Made by a program: the position numbers and the translations under genes. DNA of 64,000 bases from Antedon mediterranea (taxonomy: Eukaryota > Animalia > Echinodermata): positions 8,494,001 to 8,558,000 of the forward strand of contig NC_092673.1 in assembly GCF_964355755.1 (NCBI RefSeq), in the 5' to 3' direction. Below the pieces are notes generated by a model that did no database searches, was not told where the DNA came from, and saw only the letters and a list, made by a program, of their open reading frames with translations. Positions 13,219 through 64,000 of this stretch are shown here, one piece after another (position 1 is the first letter of the stretch; each line of letters starts with the position of its first letter).

Positions 13219-13750
13219 AGATGTATTGTCCCTTTGTCAAATTCCAAAAAAATAAAAATAAAAAGATTTCTATTATAATAATAGTACTATTATAATAGTT
13301 ATTAACTTTCACCAAAAATTAATCGAAAAAAAAATCATTTAACTGAAATACAGACGTTTTTTGGTTCAAAAAATAACTTTGACTTCCAGTCAAAGTTTTC
13401 GATCAAAACATGTCTCATAATGCAATGCGCTTGCAGTGCATAATCATAAAACTTCCTCGCGATCTGTGTGAAAAGACCTTCTCAACCGTGACAAGTTGTA
13501 AACAATCCTAATTAGCATCATGCATAATGCATACTCATGGTTTGAAATCTTTGTTTACTTTCGCTCCCTCGCGACTATTTTCCAGACGAAATGTAATAAA
13601 ATTAATTTAGCTGTTAATTACGTAAAATTGTTGTTTTTGGCTTGAATTTTCGACTTGAAGTGAATAACTTTAATATTACTTTGATATGGCCAATTAAAAT
13701 TTAGTATATTTTAACCTTCATTTTTTTGTGTTTCAAGGGACAATACATCT
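13219..13750. mobile_element. MITE, Kolobok-like
   Basis: TIR AGATGTATTGTCCCT / AGGGACAATACATCT; flanks TGAA and TTAA. Confidence 0.65.
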
Positions 13751-13868
13751 TTAAATGTTGTAATTGGTTATGTGAGACTTTCAGCTTTTGGATGCTTGTT
13801 TGTCATGTTATCGATTTTTGTTTTTTTTTCTACTTTTATTTATTTATTTTCCCCTCAGAAGTATATCT

Positions 13869-13990
13869 GAAATGATAAAGATGTGGAAATCTTTGAGAAT
13901 GAGAACAAGCAGAAGGTTCCAGGTTCGAATCTCGGTTTGGTTACTTTTTCTTATTCTCACAGATATCCTCATCTTTATCGTTTCAAATTA
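13869..13990 (+). mobile_element. tRNA-derived SINE fragment (family A) preceded by an inverted copy of its own body
   Basis: B box GGTTCGAATCTC at ~13922; 13869-13906 is the reverse complement of 13948-13984. Confidence 0.65.
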
Positions 13991-15271
13991 TATATATATA
14001 TATATAAACACCACAGGCACAAAAGAAATTCTAAACCGGCCTGGCGATATACTGACAATTTATTAATTAAATCTACATCCATTACTTAAAGGTAAATAAA
14101 TAGATCTATTTAGTAGGCCTGCACCTGACGTTTTTTCGGGTTTTTGACAATAAACAACAGGGTTCAGATAGAAAAGGTAGATAGAATGCATAAAAGCTTT
14201 CAAATTTGTCTGAGCATAAATAATACTAAACCACCTGATCATAAACAATAAAATACATTTACCTGGAGAATTTAGAGGCCCATTGCGTATCAAAAAATAT
14301 TGTGCATAGCCATAATACGTGATTTTGGGGCGGCAACCTTGCGTAAGCGGGCACTATTCCCAGCCCCGAGCGTGGCTGCATGCAGGAGGTTCAACTGTAA
14401 TATAAACCTATTACACTCATTGCCCTATCGGTCATAACCTCAAAACATATATCGCAAGATAATAGATTTGCAAGGCCACTAGATGATGCAAACTTATTAT
14501 TTGTTTATTATTAATATTTGTATTATTAGTTTAATGTTGATTTTAATGGACTAATTTCTATAATTATTAAATACAATTCTATCTTATCAGAATTGCATTA
14601 TTCGTTTACTGGAGTGTTAATTGCATGCCATTTTATTTTTAAGCAAATAGGGGATCTTTTTGGAAGATTTTTTCAACCATAAACTAGAATTTCTATATTG
14701 ACATACAGTGTACATAAAGGAGTGAAATCACAATTTACTGATACTGTTTAAAAAAAAAATGTATTGGAGGTAGTGATGTCAAAATTGGTTGATAAGGTAG
14801 TTTGACTCTCTAGAGCACAATTAAAAGAAGTTTGTGGATTTCACAACATTTCTTCAACTAGAACATATGCTTTCTTCTAACCTAAGAGTATATTCATTTA
14901 TAGCAGAATTTTATATTTTTGTAATTGTTTGCAAAATAAATTATGTAAGCTGTATGTTTGTAAGTTATCTTTCTTTATGCAAGATAATTTCATTCATTAT
15001 GTACAGAATAACCAAGAATTTTTTCCTGGGAAATTGTTGGTTGCACATACTCATAATAATTAACAACATTGACCAAGCTGTCTATATACAGCTTTGGAAA
15101 TGTCTATCTCTAGATGGTTGGTACCATGTTACTGCCTCTCAAACATTATAAACGTGCTATAGCATCTAATTTCATGACAATGTCAATTATTGTGGCATTG
15201 TGTTATTTAAAACATAATAATGCCATTTGTTTAATATTATGTACTGACTGTATATTAGTTGCTAGTATGTA

Positions 15272-58611
<43,340 letters not shown>

Positions 58612-59358
58612 TTCACCGTCTAATATTATAATATCCAATGATCTAGGCTAGGCCCCTACACAGTTCCAAATTGGTTTGCCAACCGAACCACCAGCCAATT
58701 CTCTGGCTAGCGGGCGGCAACCTCACTCAACCAGGTGAGATGGGCAGCAGGATCTGGGCGGTAAAGACTGCGGAAGTTTACTTAGAAACGACAGTGGGTT
58801 CCCAACCATCAAAACAATCCGATATTTCGTATTTACTACTATAATAAACAATGACAGTATTATTAGAAATATATCAAGTAACACAAAAGTACAATCACGG
58901 GTCCTATAGTTTCCAAAACAATGAAAATACCATCACATTTTTATCCCAATACCCTTGTAAAAGTTTCCGAAATCTCAATCGTTTGTAAATCTATGAGTCA
59001 CGTGATAACTATTCGGCGTGTATCCAATCACAACATACGTATCAAATTGGTTAGGTTGTGATGTGCAGCGACGATCATTGGACGAGTTTGACAATATTGC
59101 TAGACTACATTGACCAGATGTTTATTAGATGGTCGTGTCAAAGGCTAATATTCTCCAATCAAGCATGACTTTAACAACAAAACCTCTTTATGATGTCATC
59201 ATTTTGTTAAGACAGCATGCAGGACTGAACTTGTTTCCAATAAAAAAAGATGCAGTTTTTAACTGAGAAAACAATAAATTAGTGCGTTTGTGCATTTTTT
59301 TCTGTATCAACAAAAATACTTTTCAACCTGAAACAAATAACATTAACAAACAACAGGC
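58612..59358. promoter_or_regulatory. candidate bidirectional promoter
   Basis: 747 bp between divergent ATGs; TGAGTCA (58994) overlapping TCACGTGA (58998); CCAAT/ATTGG at 59024, 59046, 59077, 59155. Confidence 0.55.
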
Positions 59359-59378
59359 ATGTGTGGAAGAACAGCTTG
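59359..59378 (+). CDS. HMCES: probable first coding exon of HMCES/SRAP abasic-site processing protein (MCGRTAC...)
   Basis: ATG TGT GGA AGA ACA GCT TG|gtaagt: SRAP-family N-terminal MCGR signature plus consensus donor; no exon 2 found in the window. Confidence 0.65.
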
Positions 59379-59728
59379 GTAAGTAGGCCTAGCTAGACTA
59401 CTAGGTCCTACCTAGTCTCTAGCTAGACTACTAGGCCTAGCTAGGCCTAGCTAGGCCCCTAAAAGTCAAAATGTGCATGATGATTGATGATTGATTCAGG
59501 GATTTGTAAAATTGATTGATGCAATTTTTGTTTAAATATACTCACCGTGTCATTGCATTTCGGCCGCCAATAATTTCGGCCGCCGGTTATGGAACGACCA
59601 AATTCATGAAACCCCAAAAAGGACAAAATAAATATGGCATGATCATTTCGGCCCCCAGGTATGGCGCGCCAAATTGAAATAGCCGGAAATAACTGTACAG
59701 TATTACAGTGAAAAAAATAACGTTACTA

Positions 59729-61519
59729 GGCCATATAAAAAAAAACAACAGTTGATCGTCCCCGCCCGCATGCTTTTTTCAGGCCGCATCAATTTTTATT
59801 TTATTTTTTATTTCGATATTTTGTATATAAAACATTGATTTATGTTGTACCTTTGTCGAAAGCTAGGCCTAGCTCTTTCTTTTTTCGTGATCCACAGCCG
59901 TCGGGAGCCATCGATACACATCGTCGACTGCGATAAATTTGAGGTCATATTCTTTGATTATAGGTCAGCGATGATAGAGGTATCACTGCCGTTGAATGTA
60001 TGAATATTTTGAATTACACTCATCATGGGTATAATATTTTACATAAACGTCTGGATCTAATTAGAATTTTCACAGCCGCTATATGCTCGCTACTCCTTAA
60101 AAATGTTGCCGTGAAGCAAAAAAACGACTGGATTTGGAGAACACATGTTTTTGGTTCTACCTTCCGTTTCTATCGCTATATTCTATACATTTGAGTTACA
60201 GTATACACTATTAATATTTATAATTATTGGTTCCTTGGTAGGCCTACTTTTTAGTCCTTTTGTCAATTGTTACATAATAATTTGATCTAGGATAGTAGGA
60301 TACTGCTAGACTAGATAGTAGTTAAACAACATGGTTTTTATTTGTGTTCGGACTGCAACAAAAATCGTGAAGCCGGCCCTTGGTATGCGAGAACGGTGTA
60401 GTGGACGGCCGACGTACTCTCGCAGACATTTTCTCTGATTTTGCAGGCGGCGAATTCGATCAAGGTGGACCGATAGGAGACCAATACCAAACTACGGAGG
60501 TGAGTAATTGTTCGGTAAAAATGTTCATATAGAAGTAACAAAACTGTAGGCTAGCATATTGTCGCGAGAGAGTGTAGAGTTTGCCTACCCATAGAGGGAC
60601 GAATCGACCCGGCTGGGTTGAAACTGTCCCATATATATAAATAGGCTAGATGTTTACGGACGTGTTCGGGTACATGACCCACGTCCTGTTTAAAATATGT
60701 GTGTATGCATTGATATTCCCTCCCTCTTTGGATGTCATATTATCATATTATTGTCATGTTCAGAATTCTTTCAACACAACTGAATTTACCATATATTTAC
60801 CCCTACTCTTTTTCATTCTTTATTCTAGTGTGAAGAATGCCTCAAGTGGCGAGTATGTTATGCAGCACATGTTCTGAAGCGTGACCAAGGGCAGCTCTTG
60901 GAACGAGAACTGGACACACTGTCGTATTCATGTGGAACTTGTTTTCAAGACATCCTGGGAGAGGACGATTCTATTGTTTTTGTCAATGACAAAATGACAT
61001 GTGCCCTGCCTATCGAAGCAGCTTATTACATAACATTCACAGACCCCCTGTGCTTTTATTGTGGAACTGAGCACAATTTATCAATTGAGAACATGAATTA
61101 TCCACTTTGTAGTGAATGCAAGGAATCAGGCAAAACACCCAAAAGGAAAAACACTAGAGCATTTGTGCCACAGTAGGCTAATAATATCCAGAAGTTTGAT
61201 ATAAAGTCAAAGTGTACAAAAAGGACTTTTATTGTGACCCCCTGATAAAATAAAAAAAAAGGTGTATTTTAATATTTGCTGTTCTGTATACTTATGTTTG
61301 TTTAGACATCTTACAGTACTTACCATATTTATTTGAATTGTCAGGAAGGGTGTATGCGAGGGGTGGGAGTGATTTTTATTCATAGCGGCATGTTTATTCA
61401 AGAAAATACGGTAGTGAGTCGCCATCTTGGAAAAATAAAAAATAAAAAATAAGAAGAGCCTCTTACTTCCTTTTTTTAGAAAACCAGGACGATCAACTGT
61501 TGTTTTTTTTTACATGGCC
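59729..61519 (+). mobile_element. internally deleted DNA transposon, Zator-like ends
   Basis: ~33-bp TIR GGCCAT(A/G)TAAAAAAAAAACAACAGTTGATCGTCC; CTA on both flanks; Cys-rich ORF remnant inside. Confidence 0.75.
60829..61176 (+). pseudogene. intact terminal exon of a Cys-rich (zinc-binding) transposon protein, 115 aa
   Basis: polypyrimidine-ag|TGT GAA GAA TGC: CEECLKWR...YSCG...CALPIEAAYY...CFYCG...YPLCSEC...stop. Confidence 0.6.
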
Positions 61520-61601
61520 CTAAGTCTATGGATTGCCACAGAGAACTATGGATGGTCATTTAAACCAAAGATCGGTTGTGCAATGAGCTAAATACATTTT
61601 T

Positions 61602-62431
61602 CGCCGTGGTTAGGACACGCTATTGCGCATGCCCAGAGCTATGGGAAGTGAATTATAGCTTGCTAAAAACAGCATTACGATTCTTAGATAGATACTGATA
61701 CTTATTAATGTCATTATAATTATTTTAACGCGTGGCGTAGTCGTATTTTAATTATTAATTCATGTATGGCATAGGCCAAGTTTCATCCATCACTCTCTCA
61801 CTCGCGCAACGACTATCTAAGCTACGGTAAATCCCTATAACACTCCGACTTTCCATCGTGTGGTGCCTGCACTAATAGTGCCACACCACACCACCGTGGA
61901 TGAAACTTGGCCTAATAATTAAAATACGACTACGCCACGCGTTAAAATAATTATAATGATATTAATAAGTATCAGTATCTATCTAAGAATCGTAATGCTG
62001 TTTTTAGCGTTGTGACCCTGACTTCCCGAACAGTTTTTTCACATCCACGCGGTGGCTGCCGTCAACAAATCAACTTGTGATTGCATGTTGTTATGTACAG
62101 TATAATGCGTATATGAAAAATCATAAAACTAGTCATGTAATTATATAATTCATAATGATATGAAGTTTATATATGAATGAAGCAACCACTTTTTAATTAC
62201 AAAATAAATAGGCCCACTGGTCACGTCTAACTGGTAGCCCTAGCCTAGATTAGTGGATCCCGTATTAGTAGGCATCTAGGCTTGTTCGTCGTGTGGCTCG
62301 GCTATGAAATGATCCATCGCTGTTGATAAGTATAGAGTTGCCGATTACCTCGCTCTGGGCATGCGCAATAGCGTGTCGGATTCCCTAACGGTGGGCAGTT
62401 GAGTTCCGGTGCCGGAATCCTAACCACGGCG
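61602..62431. repeat. nested inverted repeats: outer arms 61602-61639 / 62352-62431, inner hairpin 61662-62008
   Basis: Inner arms ~112 bp, near-perfect apart from a ~14-nt bulge; outer arm CGCCGTGGTTAGGA-CACGCTATTGCGCATGCCCAGAGC. Confidence 0.85.
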
Positions 62432-64000
62432 TACATTTTTTTTGCCGTACATTTAAAGTAATATTATTTTACCGTCTGAATATTTTGGTCAAAATGAATA
62501 TTGATTATTAAAGGTTAGATTTTTTTATTTTACAGGTCCCAAAGATGCGTGTACTTTGTAAAAATTTGTTTCTTTATGAATATAATAAATGTAAAACATA
62601 CGAATAATTTAAGTGTTTTTTGACTGGCATATCACCTCTTTAAAATAAATGATAGCTTTGCGATATAAGGGAAGTACGCTTCATTTATAATTTCCAAACA
62701 AAATGTCCTAGGATGAGTTTTACAAGGCTCATTAAACATTAGTGCCTTGGTTTTAATACCTTAGTAGTACACACAAATGATCTTTGAAACTGGCGATAAC
62801 GATAACCGTACATACATACATATGGGATCCTCCTCTTCTACGTCGTAGAACTGGAGTCAAAAACCTATTCAGCACCAGATAGCCTACTAAGGTGTTCGTT
62901 AAGAATTCTCTTCGATTGTGTAATGGCTTTGGCTTGCCTGATTTCCATACTTAAAATACGAGAGATTTTAATCCACGGATCACGATAGTACCATCTTGTT
63001 GGAACAGCAAACAGCAACTGATAGGATTTTTTTTTGTCATTGTCAGACGCATTTCATCAAAAACAAAGGCGGGCTAAAAACCGACGCTGAACAGTTACTA
63101 TGCGTTAAACAAGAAGGCCTATCTTTTTTTTTATATATAGTGTGATCTTCTCTTTGCACACTCATATTAAATTTCAATTTCCAAATATCCCAGGAGGAGG
63201 GTTCGATCAATTACGCGAAGATTCTTTTTTTTTTCTCATTTAAACCAGAAAATTTTAATCTTTGACGTGAAGAACAAATTGTTGCAATGTGATTCGGCAT
63301 CTGGTTGTTTGGTAATTACTGATCATGCACACTTTTATTGGTTAAAAAATTAACCAATATTTTGTTTTGGCTGTGGAAACGGCTGTATAGAGCTGCACGC
63401 ATGCCATGCATGCGCTGTCGCTAAAACTAATAAATCCAGTCGGCGAAAGCATCTAACAGTTGGAATGTACAAGGCTTAATTTAGGCTAGTGTCTTACCGT
63501 AATCATTCACAACAAGTAGCTGATAAATACCAAGTATTTATAAGAGACACTAGTTTTAATGTTTTGATTTGTCCACTATATTCTATATCATATGCTTATT
63601 TATACTTGTCTTATTTCTGCATATTATTATTATACATAACCCCAAACACAGCTCATAACACAATATATAATATATATATATCTTTTTTTCAGTTGTATTT
63701 GTATTTATTTTTTAAGCACTTGAGTTTACATGTATCCCAAACGTAATAAGTTACCGGTATCTGTTTGATAGTGTGGGTACATAAATGAATCGTATATTGT
63801 AAAACAGAAAAAAAGATTAGATTGATAGGCGCGGCACAGAAAGAATGTCCTAAGTTGTTATTGATGTATAAATAATGAAGTATTAATACTGGTAAATAAT
63901 TTATAATATTAATATTATATCTAAATAATTTCCGACATTTAAATAATACAATTTGTAAAATAAAATGAAAAAAAAATAATAAATTGAGGAAAACAAAATG

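Noticed and set aside
63489-63746. ORF as HMCES exon 2 (SYRNHSQQVADKYQ loosely similar)
   Set aside because: No suitable phase-2 acceptor, lacks the expected SYNxxP motif, and runs into low-complexity AT-rich sequence

Overview
AT-rich, intron-rich eukaryotic (animal) genomic DNA, most likely from a marine invertebrate (inference from composition and repeat content). It contains (1) the last 7 exons of a + strand gene encoding a sushi/CCP-repeat protein ending in an NTR/C345C-like domain (448-5607); (2) a complete 18-exon protein kinase N (PKN/PRK2-type) gene on the - strand (ATG 58611 to stop 15272, about 982 aa) with candidate alternative exons; and (3) a probable first coding exon (MCGRTAC) of a head-to-head HMCES/SRAP gene at 59359. 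Introns and spacers carry many non-autonomous DNA transposons, tRNA- and 5S-derived SINEs and three tandem arrays. The most notable observations are an intact type I hammerhead ribozyme just downstream of the sushi-NTR stop codon (with a G5A-mutated copy elsewhere), a 55-copy array built from a Pol III B-box, and internally controlled evidence that TA-to-TACTGTA/TAGGCTA micro-insertions (transposon excision footprints) have accumulated across the locus. There are no prokaryotic features. Exon boundaries were read by eye from GT/AG signals and phase; family assignments are by motif recall, not database search.
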